DNA from: Promethearchaeota archaeon
Lineage (GTDB): Archaea; Asgardarchaeota; Thorarchaeia; Thorarchaeales; Thorarchaeaceae
Assembly: GCA_014728035.1 (NCBI GenBank)
Contig: WJMJ01000059.1
Location: 32,001 to 96,000, forward strand
DNA length: 64,000 bases
Direction of reading: 5' to 3'
Below the pieces are notes generated by a model. The model ran no database searches. It saw only the letters and a list, made by a program, of their open reading frames with translations, and was not told where the DNA came from. The translations under genes and the position numbers were made by a program. Numbering within the stretch: position 1 is the stretch's first letter; the number at the start of each line of letters is the position of its first letter. Below, piece after piece: positions 37,567-48,028 of this stretch.

Positions 37567-38640
37567 TTGTATTTGTCTGTACCAACACGATCTCAGCAAA
37601 ATTATCGAGACCGTGATATATTTAGAGACGCGAAAGATCGAATCTATGTCACACTTGGTCATATTCAACCAAAAGACGGAATCATCTCAACTTTGAAGTA
37701 TGTACCTGATAGGAAAGGGAAATGGCAGTCACAGGGAATCCGTTATCGAAGGGTATTTTCAAATAATGTGGAAAGTGTTACGGGTGGTCAAGGGATTTTG
37801 CCAGATGACTATTATGATGATAGCCATTTTGGTATTCCATTACTAAAGTTTCCAAAACATGAGGTCACTCAATATTACTCTCCTGAGAAACGTCTAGAAT
37901 CTCTTCTAGAAACTGGATGTAATGATCCGTTAGAACAGACTGCTGTTGAATTATCGCAAATTCTTCATGATAATTTGGATATTCCCTTCAATCATTTGGG
38001 TGTAACTGGTAGTATTGCATGGCATGCTCACAATCCCGGCTTCTCAGATATCAACTTAAACATTCATGGATATGAGTGGAGTTGGATATTAGAACAAGGC
38101 TATTCTGAACTGGTTGAGGAAAATACTGAATTACAGATGAAAAAAGGAAATCTTTGGGATGACTCAATAGCACGTGCCGCTAAACGGATTCCTGTTCTTC
38201 GTTCTAGTGCATTAAAGAGGCTTTTCACTCGACGTACGCAACTAATGTATAATGGACATGGAGTTACTATTATGCCAGTCCTGTACTCTTCCGAATCTCC
38301 AATTAGATATGGTTCTGAGAAGTATTATACTCTTGATTTAGTCATATCTGATTTTAAAATCAAATCTTCAAGGTATGGTATTTTCTTCCCTGCAATCTAT
38401 GATGTCACTGGAGAAGTCCAATATGAAACACAAATTCTGTCAATTAATCGGCTCTTAATCTATGATGGTACCTTTCGAGGCTTATTTCATCCAGAAGACC
38501 AAATTCAAGTATGTGGCACTCTTCAAAGAGTGGAATCATCTGAACAAAAATCACCTTTTCATCAGATTATGATTGGCACTAAATCTGGTAGCGGCAGAGA
38601 ATTCATCAAATTAACTAGACCATCACAGTCATATCTGTAA
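37567..38640 (+). CDS. Archaeal nucleotidyltransferase-domain protein (COG1665-like)
   Basis: RDRD, LKYVP, GVTGS...SDINL Pol-beta-like motif, C-terminal OB-like domain. Confidence 0.7.
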   Translation: MYLSVPTRSQQNYRDRDIFRDAKDRIYVTLGHIQPKDGIISTLKYVPDRKGKWQSQGIRYRRVFSNNVESVTGGQGILPDDYYDDSHFGIPLLKFPKHEVTQYYSPEKRLESLLETGCNDPLEQTAVELSQILHDNLDIPFNHLGVTGSIAWHAHNPGFSDINLNIHGYEWSWILEQGYSELVEENTELQMKKGNLWDDSIARAAKRIPVLRSSALKRLFTRRTQLMYNGHGVTIMPVLYSSESPIRYGSEKYYTLDLVISDFKIKSSRYGIFFPAIYDVTGEVQYETQILSINRLLIYDGTFRGLFHPEDQIQVCGTLQRVESSEQKSPFHQIMIGTKSGSGREFIKLTRPSQSYL

Positions 38641-38685
38641 ATCTTGAGTTTGATATTAATTAATCAGAAAAGGACCTTGCTATAT

Positions 38686-39747
38686 ATGAGTTCGAAAAAG
38701 CCCTCCATATCTGTCCCTATTTCCTTTGGAGAGAACACTCGGAAGGCCCTTTTGGAAGCAGACCTTTTGGACATTTCATTTAAAATCCGTTCAGTGAATG
38801 GCACTTTGCTTCTTCCTTTGACCAAAGAACTTACCGAGAATGAATTATTTCGTTTACTTGGGCATGATGAGTTTCAAATAGAACATGAAGAATTCGAATC
38901 TATTCCCTCAAGTCCCCGAACTCTTGCAGAAGTAATGTCTGATGAGTTATCTCCTAGTGAACTAGAACTTTTACCTCGCGCATATGATTTGATTGGTGAT
39001 ATAGCTATTCTCGAGATTCCTGAAGAATTGATTCAGTATAAAGATAAAATTGGTGAAGCATTCCGATCTCTTCACAAGAACGTATCCGTTGTATTAGCAA
39101 AGCAGGGTGCAATTTCTGGAACTACACGAATACGTGATTATGATTTGATTGCTGGTGAGCATCGGACCAATACGACTCATATCGAGTATGGTTGTAGAAT
39201 TGCAGTTGATTTGGCAAAGGCATACTTCAGCCCTCGTTTGTTAGAGGAACATAATCGGATAGCAAAACAAGTCACTCCTGGTGAAACTATCATTGACATG
39301 TTCACTGGAGTAGGTCCTTTTCCACTGCACATAGCTAAAGAAACGGACGCGATAGTCTTTGCTATCGATATTAATCCTGATGCAATCTCACTCCTGAAAA
39401 AAAGTATGAAATTAAACAAATTTGTAGGTCGAATCACTCCAATTATTGCGGATGCGGAGTTATATGTGACAGAAAATTTCGACAGTAATGCTGACCGAGT
39501 GATAATGAATCATCCTTCTGGTGCTAGCTCATTTGTCAAAGCAGCATGTATAGCATTGAAACCCGACGGTATAATGCACTACTATGATTTCGTGGGTGGT
39601 GATGACCCTGAAGCATTAATGATTTCGCGTTTGAAAAGTTTAATCAAATCTGCTGGATATAGCATTGATCAAGTATTGCATGTTAGACGGGTTCGAGATA
39701 GTGCTCCGTATGAGTATCAGATGGCTGTAGATGTAGTTATTCAATAA
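38686..39747 (+). CDS. trm5: tRNA m1G37 methyltransferase Trm5 family
   Basis: YDLIGDIA, YFSPRL, DMFTGVGPF, DINP, RVIMNHP. Confidence 0.9.
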   Translation: MSSKKPSISVPISFGENTRKALLEADLLDISFKIRSVNGTLLLPLTKELTENELFRLLGHDEFQIEHEEFESIPSSPRTLAEVMSDELSPSELELLPRAYDLIGDIAILEIPEELIQYKDKIGEAFRSLHKNVSVVLAKQGAISGTTRIRDYDLIAGEHRTNTTHIEYGCRIAVDLAKAYFSPRLLEEHNRIAKQVTPGETIIDMFTGVGPFPLHIAKETDAIVFAIDINPDAISLLKKSMKLNKFVGRITPIIADAELYVTENFDSNADRVIMNHPSGASSFVKAACIALKPDGIMHYYDFVGGDDPEALMISRLKSLIKSAGYSIDQVLHVRRVRDSAPYEYQMAVDVVIQ

Positions 39748-40162
39748 TGAATTCTAATGTACAATGAACTATCTGATTCGGATTTTTTGCTAATTCTACA
39801 AATTCTCTATCCAAGTCAATTGATGCTTTGTCTGCTTTTATCATCAGAGTTCTATCACATTCAAAATTGCTCTTACGTATCACCATACTAATTCCATTAG
39901 TATAAGTCAGTCCATTCCCCCCACTTCCTTTGATTACTTCGGATTTCCCTCCAATTTGCATTCGTAGAATTATTTTTGTGTCACTGTGCTTTGCTATTTG
40001 TTTTATTTCATCAGAAAGATCTCTTAGAGTAAGATTTGCTTTTGTTCCTATAATACAATTTCCACGTTTTGTTAGTGTTCTTTCTGAAGTCAATTCTAAT
40101 GTGCTTCTATGAGTAGCCATAACATTTTCATGACCATATACACTGAATTTTACATTAGTCAT
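39737..40162 (-). CDS. DUF371 family protein
   Basis: GHENVMATHRSTLE, LTKRGNCIIG, SMVIRKS. Confidence 0.88.
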   Translation of the reverse strand: MTNVKFSVYGHENVMATHRSTLELTSERTLTKRGNCIIGTKANLTLRDLSDEIKQIAKHSDTKIILRMQIGGKSEVIKGSGGNGLTYTNGISMVIRKSNFECDRTLMIKADKASIDLDREFVELAKNPNQIVHCTLEFIIE

Positions 40163-40219
40163 ACAAAATCCATGTCATTAAGCCTTTAAGATTGCATATA
40201 TTTAGTATATCTGATTTCA

Positions 40220-40897
40220 ATGTCAACTGATGATTTGTTACAGAAGAAGGACTCTTTGATTGCTCGATTAAAAGCGAAAGGCTATTTGAAGAGTGAAACT
40301 GTAGAAAGGGCAGTTAGAAAAGTACCACGCGAAGAATTTGTTCCGACAAAAGTTCTCAATCAATCTTATGTTGACAGGCCTCTATCGATCCATCATGGAC
40401 AAACAATTTCCGCTCCGCATATGTGTGTGATAATGTGTGAGACAATGAAGTTAGAGGAGGGGCATTCTGTTCTTGAAATTGGTGCTGGTTCTGGGTATCA
40501 TGCTGCATTATGTGCTGAAATTGTAGCTCCTGAAAAATCATCAAATCCTGGGCATATTTACACTATTGAAATTGTTGAATCACTAATCAAATATGCAGAA
40601 AAAAATCTGGAGCGTTCAGGATACTCAGATAGAGTTACTCTGATTCATGGCGATGGCGGCAAGGGATATTCTGAGAGAGCACCGTATGATCGGGTCCTGG
40701 TGACTGCTGCAGCTCCAGAAATACCAAAGCCATTAATCGAACAATTGGCACCTAATGGTATTATGGCAATCCCTGTTGGATCCAGAGGATGGTACCAAGA
40801 ACTAAAAATTGTTCACAAAGACTCGGACGGAAAAATTAAGATTGACCGTTGGGGCGGTGTTGCTTTCGTTCCTCTTACTGGTGAGTTTGGTCATTAA
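40220..40897 (+). CDS. pcm: Protein-L-isoaspartate O-methyltransferase
   Basis: QTISAPHM, LEIGAGSGY, APYD, FVPL. Confidence 0.95.
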   Translation: MSTDDLLQKKDSLIARLKAKGYLKSETVERAVRKVPREEFVPTKVLNQSYVDRPLSIHHGQTISAPHMCVIMCETMKLEEGHSVLEIGAGSGYHAALCAEIVAPEKSSNPGHIYTIEIVESLIKYAEKNLERSGYSDRVTLIHGDGGKGYSERAPYDRVLVTAAAPEIPKPLIEQLAPNGIMAIPVGSRGWYQELKIVHKDSDGKIKIDRWGGVAFVPLTGEFGH

Positions 40898-41574
40898 GTT
40901 CTCAAGTGTAAGGGGATTATTGAGAGCTTGACTTCGTCATGGTTGGCTATTTTCAATTCCTCTCTGATATTTACAGGTGCGATGATTTCCAATATATTTT
41001 GACTATGATGTGTTCTTTGTGCGATGACTATAGCAGCTTCAATTTTGTCATTAACTCTCACTCTGTAACAGATAACATCACCAAAGGTTCTACCATCATG
41101 ACTGAAACCTTGTACGATTAGTGGTGGAGTGTGTTTCATTCTACTGATTGCTTTCCTAGAAACTTCGTTGTTTATTTTTACATTAAGAGTGCCTGCATAT
41201 GGTTTAAAGCCTAGAACTTCTGTGAATTTCTCCGAATAGACTTCGACATAATATGCCCCTTCACCTATACCTTCAACAACCTCTCCTCGAATTACAATCT
41301 TATCACTAGGAGGTGCCATGGCAATTTCTAGATTGTTGTATACCCTATCGAGTTCCTTTAGTCCTCTCGGAGTAATTTTTAGAATCATTCCACTGGCTGT
41401 ATGCGCCCGTGTAACTAGACCTTCATCTACACAATCGGTTATTCTCCTTGAAGCAGTCTGCTGACTCAGTTCAAGTGCGTTACCCAACTCTCTTGTAGTC
41501 ATAGTCACATTTCGATGGATTGCACCTTTACAGGCCAATGTATACAATGTAAACCATGTATCTGGTGAAGTCAT
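40894..41574 (-). CDS. rbkR: HTH-fused CTP-dependent riboflavin kinase
   Basis: SQQTASR HTH, GIGEGAYY, PYAGTLN, LEIIAP. Confidence 0.92.
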   Translation of the reverse strand: MTSPDTWFTLYTLACKGAIHRNVTMTTRELGNALELSQQTASRRITDCVDEGLVTRAHTASGMILKITPRGLKELDRVYNNLEIAMAPPSDKIVIRGEVVEGIGEGAYYVEVYSEKFTEVLGFKPYAGTLNVKINNEVSRKAISRMKHTPPLIVQGFSHDGRTFGDVICYRVRVNDKIEAAIVIAQRTHHSQNILEIIAPVNIREELKIANHDEVKLSIIPLHLRT

Positions 41575-41635
41575 TGTGTTTCGAACTCGCTTTCATCTTA
41601 TGAATAATCGGATATGTGCGGCAGAAAACTCTTTC

Positions 41636-42265
41636 TTAATCTTGTAATTTTCTTTCAAAACGTTCTAGTTTGCTGATCAATCGTTCTTGTGTCACAGTAC
41701 TAGTAATGTCTCCTCTTGTTCGTTCAATAATTCCTCTTGCAATATCACATTTTCTTCGTAATTCTGGGATAAGTGCATTAGGAAAGTCAAGTGTGTGTAA
41801 CTCACTGAGGATTTCCTCCATCTGTTCTAAATACGATTCCGAATTTTCCAGCTTGTTTTTTCTAAGATTATCTAGAACCGCTCTACGTAATTCGCCCACT
41901 GTGTCGGCTAATCCTGTCATATATGGTCGGCCAGGAATATCGTAATCCTCTGGAAGAATAAATTCGCCTTTTGTAATCAATGAAAGAAAATTGGCAGCCT
42001 CCGAAAGTTCTTGATAAGCAGTATTTAGAATACGTGTTTTAGATAAAAACGCACTCTGTGAAATTTGTTTTTGAGCTTTCACTATGAGGCTATTTGCTTC
42101 ACTAAGAAACTGCTTTGCTTTCTCAAATTCTCCTCGATGCGTACTTTTTATTGATTGACTACATTTTCGAATTGCATCTCGTGTCAATGGAAGTGCCTTC
42201 TCTCGTATTATATCATCACTTTCGATTTCTTCCCTAATCGAATTGATGATTTTTGTAAGACTCAT
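41636..42265 (-). CDS. Translin/TRAX-family protein
   Basis: QELSEA, GLADTVGELRR, LRRKCD. Confidence 0.9.
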   Translation of the reverse strand: MSLTKIINSIREEIESDDIIREKALPLTRDAIRKCSQSIKSTHRGEFEKAKQFLSEANSLIVKAQKQISQSAFLSKTRILNTAYQELSEAANFLSLITKGEFILPEDYDIPGRPYMTGLADTVGELRRAVLDNLRKNKLENSESYLEQMEEILSELHTLDFPNALIPELRRKCDIARGIIERTRGDITSTVTQERLISKLERFERKLQD

Positions 42266-42270
42266 TTGAA

Positions 42271-43245
42271 TTACTCGCCACCTTTTAGTTTCTCTATCTT
42301 CTTCTTTCGTGATAATAATACAACTCTGCTTTCAATTTGTTCATCAAGAACATGATACCCAGTAAAATCCGCTAATTTTTCTGAAAAGCTTTGAATTGTT
42401 CTATGTGATGGAGCATTTCTATGGGATAGTCTATCTCTTGAGGCTCCTAAAAACATATACCCTTTTACTTCAACAAAATCCGGATTCCCCTTAAGAATCA
42501 TCTCTGCATAGGCCTTCGGATTGTGCATATTAAGACCTTCAACCATTGTCAGTCGATTTACTGTTCTTGTGTTAATTGTAGCCAGAATCTCTTGTGACTC
42601 ATTTAGCGAGTCCCATCCATGTCTTATTAGTGGTCTACATAATTTCCCGTATGTTTCTTCATCTGGTGCTGCTAAGGTGATATATAATTGAGTTGGCGGA
42701 GGGATTTCAGCAAGGACTTTTGGTTGAGTGCCATTACTGACAAGAAATGAAGTCATTCCCTTCTCTTTTATTCTTTCAATGAACTCTCCAAGAAACGGAT
42801 ATAATGTTGGTTCTCCTGAAAGTGAGATTGCAACATGACGGGGGTTTCTCGCCTCTTTGTATTTTTCCAGCTCCACTCTAGCTCCCGCCTCTGGATTATA
42901 CCCTCCCAATGATTGGAGATTAGCTCGGTAAACCAACTTGAGTAACTCTTCAGGTGGAAGCACATCCTCTTTTTTCAAATGTGTCTGATCCCAATTAGTT
43001 TTGATATCACTTGGAGTCACTCTCCAACAAAATCTACAATCTTGGGTGCATTTGTCAACAACGGGTGTCATCTGAAGACATCGATGTGATTGAATTCCAT
43101 AGAATCTCTGTTTATAACACGTATCTCCATCAAGAAGACTTCTTTTTTGCCACTGACAAGCTTTGAATGCACCTCTATTTCCAAGTAAGTGATATCCCTG
43201 TGTTTTGAGTTTATCTCGAAGTTGTGGAGGCATTTCAGAACTCAA
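42271..43245 (-). CDS. taw1: 4-demethylwyosine synthase (radical SAM)
   Basis: CYKQRFYGIQSHRC, CTQDCRFCWR, SLSGEPT, EVKGY. Confidence 0.93.
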   Translation of the reverse strand: MSSEMPPQLRDKLKTQGYHLLGNRGAFKACQWQKRSLLDGDTCYKQRFYGIQSHRCLQMTPVVDKCTQDCRFCWRVTPSDIKTNWDQTHLKKEDVLPPEELLKLVYRANLQSLGGYNPEAGARVELEKYKEARNPRHVAISLSGEPTLYPFLGEFIERIKEKGMTSFLVSNGTQPKVLAEIPPPTQLYITLAAPDEETYGKLCRPLIRHGWDSLNESQEILATINTRTVNRLTMVEGLNMHNPKAYAEMILKGNPDFVEVKGYMFLGASRDRLSHRNAPSHRTIQSFSEKLADFTGYHVLDEQIESRVVLLSRKKKIEKLKGGE

Positions 43246-43279
43246 TGCTTATTCATTAAAATTCCTGACGAGTCTCTTA

Positions 43280-44545
43280 TCAGCCTTTAGCAATGTCCTT
43301 TCTACTTCGAGCTGCAAGGTCCATAGCAATTTTTTCTTGATTACCCCACGATCCAGTCACCATGCCTTTTCTCGCTAAGGTTCCAAGATGTCTGCGAGTA
43401 TCATCAGTAAGAATTCCTAGTGTTTCATTTTCATAGAAGCTACCTGGCAATGGCATGAATATGTGTGCATGAACCGATGCCCCCATCTCTATCAGTTCAT
43501 AACAGAGATCAATGGTTAGTTTTTGATCTTTTGGTGTTTCAGATGGGAATCCGAAAATCATGTCGATATTTGGTTTAAATCCACAATCCAATGCTATGAT
43601 TGCTGCTGAAATCCCCTCCTCGACCGAGTGGTGTCGATTTACCTCTTGAAGAATTCGATCGCTGCCGGACTGTATTCCGATTTGAAGGGTTTGATTTGCT
43701 ACATGTTGTCGAAGCATAGTGAGAGCCTGTCTATTGACAAACTCTGGTCTCACTTCTGAAGGGAATGATCCGAAATATATCTCATCTAACCCCTGAATCG
43801 AGGTGGCTTGCTGTAATAGATTTTCTAGTTTTGTCAATTCAGCTTTACGCCCTCTTCCTCCATATGATAATGCATTAGGCGACAAAAACCAAGCTCTATC
43901 GAATCCACTTTGTTGAACAGCTCGTTTTAGCCATTTGACAATACAATCCACTGACCTATGTCGAACAATACTTCCAGTAAGAAACGGGGTTGAGCAAAAT
44001 CTACAACTGAATGGGCACCCTCTTGTCACTTCAATAGGTCCTAGAATATTTCTTTCAAGGGCAAATGGAGCATAATCGTCAAGATTAACAATCTCAAACT
44101 CTTTTGGTTTTGGATACTCTTCTTGTTTGGTTGTGATTATCCCACCTAATTCAGATGGGTCTTTGTCATGCATGAGATAATGAAGCAGTTCAGTGAATTT
44201 TCTTTCGCCCTCTCCAATTACAACGTAATCGAATCCTGCATCAATTAATTCTCCAGGACGGATACTTGCATGTGGCCCGCCTCCTACTATTTTGACTTCG
44301 CTAAACTGATCTCGAATTTTCTTTACATTATTGTACACTCGTTTGGTTTGAGTACTCATAACTGAGTGTGCAACTAATACTTCACCCCTTCTAGCATAGC
44401 GTTCAATTAGATTCATTGAGGGACGAAACGGAGCTTCTATAATTAGGTCTGAAAGTCTTGAATCTGATTCAATTGCACCTAACAATGCAGCTAGACTATA
44501 TCTCGAAACGGAATGTGTTTGAAATATAAGAGCGTCTAACCCCAC
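43280..44545 (-). CDS. B12-binding radical SAM protein (TIGR04013-like)
   Basis: GGPHAS, GEGE, IEVTRGCPFSCRFCSTP, GSFPSEVRP, HIFMPLPG. Confidence 0.88.
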   Translation of the reverse strand: MGLDALIFQTHSVSRYSLAALLGAIESDSRLSDLIIEAPFRPSMNLIERYARRGEVLVAHSVMSTQTKRVYNNVKKIRDQFSEVKIVGGGPHASIRPGELIDAGFDYVVIGEGERKFTELLHYLMHDKDPSELGGIITTKQEEYPKPKEFEIVNLDDYAPFALERNILGPIEVTRGCPFSCRFCSTPFLTGSIVRHRSVDCIVKWLKRAVQQSGFDRAWFLSPNALSYGGRGRKAELTKLENLLQQATSIQGLDEIYFGSFPSEVRPEFVNRQALTMLRQHVANQTLQIGIQSGSDRILQEVNRHHSVEEGISAAIIALDCGFKPNIDMIFGFPSETPKDQKLTIDLCYELIEMGASVHAHIFMPLPGSFYENETLGILTDDTRRHLGTLARKGMVTGSWGNQEKIAMDLAARSRKDIAKG

Positions 44546-44560
44546 TGGATTGCACTCGCA

Positions 44561-45154
44561 TTAGTTTTCATGAACTGATTCTGTCACACCGTCTTTGGTG
44601 ACTGTCATAACTCGGATTGGCCCACCTGATTGAACATCGCGAGCAATTCCTGTCTTTACAGCTTTAATTGCGATTTTCTCTGCTTCTTTTACAGTTAAAT
44701 CAGAATGGTATTCATTTTCAAGAACTCCATAGGCTGTCCTAACCCCAGTACCTGTTGCTGTGTAATCATCAGGAATAAGTGAACCTCCCATATCCAGTGA
44801 ATAGAGTGCAGGCCCATCAGAATCAACTCCGACAATTACTGTTTGAACGTATAATGGGGAAGCTCGTCGGTTGCGTAATGTACTAGCTAACATTTTTGTA
44901 ATAGCTTTGACCGACAATGGACGACCTTCATCAAGTTCAAATAATTTAATTCTAGCCTTAGTCAGATTTACCAGCATTTGATAATCCGATGTCAATCCTG
45001 CAGAGGCAAGTACAACATTCTCTTTTAATTTGAAAGCTTTTATTCCAGTTTCGCTGAGCACCATGGTGCCCCATGTAATCATCGAGTCAGTGGCAACCAC
45101 CGTTCCATCTTTGCATTTTATACCTACAACGGTAGCTCCTGTTGGTAGTGACAT
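44561..45154 (-). CDS. psmB: 20S proteasome beta subunit, probably non-catalytic
   Basis: TGATVVGIKCKDG, AGLTSD, ATGTG, RDVQSG. Confidence 0.92.
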   Translation of the reverse strand: MSLPTGATVVGIKCKDGTVVATDSMITWGTMVLSETGIKAFKLKENVVLASAGLTSDYQMLVNLTKARIKLFELDEGRPLSVKAITKMLASTLRNRRASPLYVQTVIVGVDSDGPALYSLDMGGSLIPDDYTATGTGVRTAYGVLENEYHSDLTVKEAEKIAIKAVKTGIARDVQSGGPIRVMTVTKDGVTESVHEN

Positions 45155-45292
45155 TGATACTTTTGCCTCCTGTTATGAAGATATTTTCAATATGGTCAAT
45201 TGAGGTTCTTTATAAAACGTTTTTGAAGTGTTCTTTATGTGCCTATATGTGTAGCTTCAAAACACATTAGGTTGATGAAATGAGGAATACAA

Positions 45293-46369
45293 ATGCACAA
45301 ACTTAATCCTTACGCAAACATACCAACAATAATGACGGCAGAGGAGATTATCGAGTTTGCGCATATTCGTTCTACAAAAGCGGGTACAAAGAGCTCAAAA
45401 CGGATTCCAAAATTACAGCGTGTTAGACTACGAGAAATATCTAGGCTCAAAGAGTTTTCACGACAAGTGAAGACAAAATTGAAAGAAGCGGTAGAAAAAT
45501 ATCCAACTCTTGAAAAGCTTCATCCATTCTATCTTGAACTGACAGAAATTCTTGTGGGTATTGATAAACTCAAGCAAGCTCTTGGTGCGGTTTATAACTG
45601 CGTTCCTGTGATAAATCAAATAACGAATAACCATTTGGAAGCAATGAAGCTATCTGAAGACCACAGACAATTGAAACGATCCCGTAGTGCTGCTAAGGGT
45701 CGTATAGCGTCTTTGTTACGTTCTACGTCAGAAAATCTTGAATTCCTCATCGAAGCAAAGAGGACAATGTCAAAACTACCCGGGATAATTCCTAATTCTC
45801 CTACTATGGTGTGTGCTGGATTTCCAAATGTGGGAAAATCTACTCTCGTTAAGGTAGTATCTACAGCTGAGCCGGAAGTAGCATATTATCCTTTTACAAC
45901 ACGAAAAGTGATTGTTGGCCATCTAAAAATAGATAATCAAAGTGTTCAGATTGTTGATACTCCTGGAATTCTTGATCGTCCGATGTCTGAAAGAAATGAG
46001 ATTGAACAGGAGGCTATAGCTGCTCTCAAATATCTGGCTCATGTTATACTTTTTATGATGGACCCATCTGAAGCGTGTGGATGGCCTCTCGACGACCAGA
46101 TAAAACTCTATCAAGAAGTACGTCGTATGTTTCCCCTGAACCCCCTTTTAGTAATTTTAAACAAGGTTGACATAACACCACCAGAGTATCTACAAATTGC
46201 TCGAGAGAAAATGCCTAATGCCTATGAGATTGTAGCTATTGAAGGGACTGGTGTTGAGGAGTTGATGCATGAGGCAATGGATTATATAGACCTCGATTCG
46301 TTAGATGATTTGATTCGTGAATACGTCGGAGATTTATCACGACAAAGGGCCGATTCCATGGACTCGTAG
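45293..46369 (+). CDS. NOG1-family GTPase
   Basis: LHPFY, GFPNVGKS, YPFTT, DTPGILDRP..ERN.IE, NKVD. Confidence 0.92.
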   Translation: MHKLNPYANIPTIMTAEEIIEFAHIRSTKAGTKSSKRIPKLQRVRLREISRLKEFSRQVKTKLKEAVEKYPTLEKLHPFYLELTEILVGIDKLKQALGAVYNCVPVINQITNNHLEAMKLSEDHRQLKRSRSAAKGRIASLLRSTSENLEFLIEAKRTMSKLPGIIPNSPTMVCAGFPNVGKSTLVKVVSTAEPEVAYYPFTTRKVIVGHLKIDNQSVQIVDTPGILDRPMSERNEIEQEAIAALKYLAHVILFMMDPSEACGWPLDDQIKLYQEVRRMFPLNPLLVILNKVDITPPEYLQIAREKMPNAYEIVAIEGTGVEELMHEAMDYIDLDSLDDLIREYVGDLSRQRADSMDS

Positions 46370-47398
46370 TTCTCCTGATTCTCCTATTTTCCCATCCAGC
46401 TCTATTTCAACACCTAAAATTCTTTGAGCAACCCAGATGTTTGTTTCAAGATGACTTGTAATTTCAGTGATGCCTACCTTACTTGTTCCTTCTGCGAGAG
46501 CTAGATATGGTACTAGCATATCAGCAAGATGTGAATCAACAGCTTTTCTGGTTGATAGTTCGGTAAGCAACTTATTGGCAGCTTCTTTACCTACTTTTTC
46601 AGCAGGTTTACCTTTAGCTCCCAGTGCATCTGCACCAATTCTACATTCTTTATCAGATTCCGCCCAAAGGACGATACCACTACCAGCACCTAAGTGTGGG
46701 TCTTGCCCCTTTTTATAACTTTCAATATTGATGGACACTTTGTCAAACCCCTCACTTAATAAAACCGATTTTGCTGATCTTGCTTGTCTCTCTGCCACAT
46801 GTGAGGGTAGTCTAACACAGTGAGAAATCCCTTTAATTTCAGTGATTTCTCCAAAATTTGCACATTCTATAGGGCTGATTGTTGATACTGGCCGAATTGT
46901 AGTTTTTACAACTCCCCCTCCTTTTGGATAGTGTCCTCTTTTATTCTGGTTGACAGAAATTTCTACTCCTAATTTTTCAATTATTGGAATGAATACATGT
47001 TGTATGTAGTTGATTGGAGGACTCCATGAAACATCTGTCCCTCCTCTTAAATCCAATTCTACTCGTTCTGGTGCTAAAATTGCTACTGGCAGTACAGCCT
47101 GTAGTAATAGAGAAATCGAACCAGCTGTCCCAATATCATAGCTAATAAGACCGCCTTTTCGTGTAGTGGGAACAAACTCAATCGTTTTACTACCAACTTT
47201 GAGCCCTTTTACTTCGGCATCGACCAATCTTGAGATTATTTCTATTCCCGCCATATGCTGTCGACGTAATCCGGGTTTTGAGCGTCCGCTACGTATGTTT
47301 GTTATTCTTACTGGATTCATTGTCAGTGATGCGAGTGCGACAGAAGAACGCAATATCTGTCCTCCTCCTTCCCCATAAGATCCATTTATCTCAATCAT
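46337..47398 (-). CDS. rtcA: RNA 3'-terminal phosphate cyclase
   Basis: EGGGQILR, GGTDV, RGHYPKGGG, HLADML, SHLETN. Confidence 0.95.
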   Translation of the reverse strand: MIEINGSYGEGGGQILRSSVALASLTMNPVRITNIRSGRSKPGLRRQHMAGIEIISRLVDAEVKGLKVGSKTIEFVPTTRKGGLISYDIGTAGSISLLLQAVLPVAILAPERVELDLRGGTDVSWSPPINYIQHVFIPIIEKLGVEISVNQNKRGHYPKGGGVVKTTIRPVSTISPIECANFGEITEIKGISHCVRLPSHVAERQARSAKSVLLSEGFDKVSINIESYKKGQDPHLGAGSGIVLWAESDKECRIGADALGAKGKPAEKVGKEAANKLLTELSTRKAVDSHLADMLVPYLALAEGTSKVGITEITSHLETNIWVAQRILGVEIELDGKIGESGELRVHGIGPLS

Positions 47399-47503
47399 TT
47401 TTGTTAGCCTGTTCTATTGAATGGATTGGCCTGTTATGAATCTGGTTCTTGAAACAACACTCAATGCTTATCTATGATACAGCTTATTCCTTACAGGATA
47501 CAA

Positions 47504-48028
47504 ATGCGTTCTCTGTTTGTCGGGCGATTTCAGCCCGTTCATAAAGGACATATCTTTACAATAAAACAAATTCTTGAAACTGGTGAAGATTTAGTAATAG
47601 GTGTTGGAAGCGCTCAGTATTCACATACACCTGATAATCCACTTACTGGTGGAGAGCGTGTGATGCTTCTCAAACGTGCACTGCTTGCAGAGAATCTTCC
47701 TGTTGAGCGAATTGATATTATTCCAATCCCAGATATTCACATTCATCCGTTATGGGTTGCTCACGTTAAGTCACTGACTCCATATTTCGACAAAGCCTAT
47801 ACGCACAATCCTATTGTATCGAGTTTATTGTCTGATGCAGGAGTTCATGTTGACTCAACTGAATTGTTAGAACGTAGTCGTTATAGTGCAAGCCACATTC
47901 GAGATTTAATCCGTTGGAAAAATTCTGATTGGGAGGATTTAGTTCCCACTGCGGTTGCAAAGATGATTAAAGCATATAACATCGATAAACGCATTCAAGC
48001 GATAGGCGAAACAACCCTCAAAAAATAA
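47504..48028 (+). CDS. nadM: Nicotinamide-nucleotide adenylyltransferase
   Basis: GRFQPVHKGH, GSAQYSH..NP.TGGER. Confidence 0.93.
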   Translation: MRSLFVGRFQPVHKGHIFTIKQILETGEDLVIGVGSAQYSHTPDNPLTGGERVMLLKRALLAENLPVERIDIIPIPDIHIHPLWVAHVKSLTPYFDKAYTHNPIVSSLLSDAGVHVDSTELLERSRYSASHIRDLIRWKNSDWEDLVPTAVAKMIKAYNIDKRIQAIGETTLKK

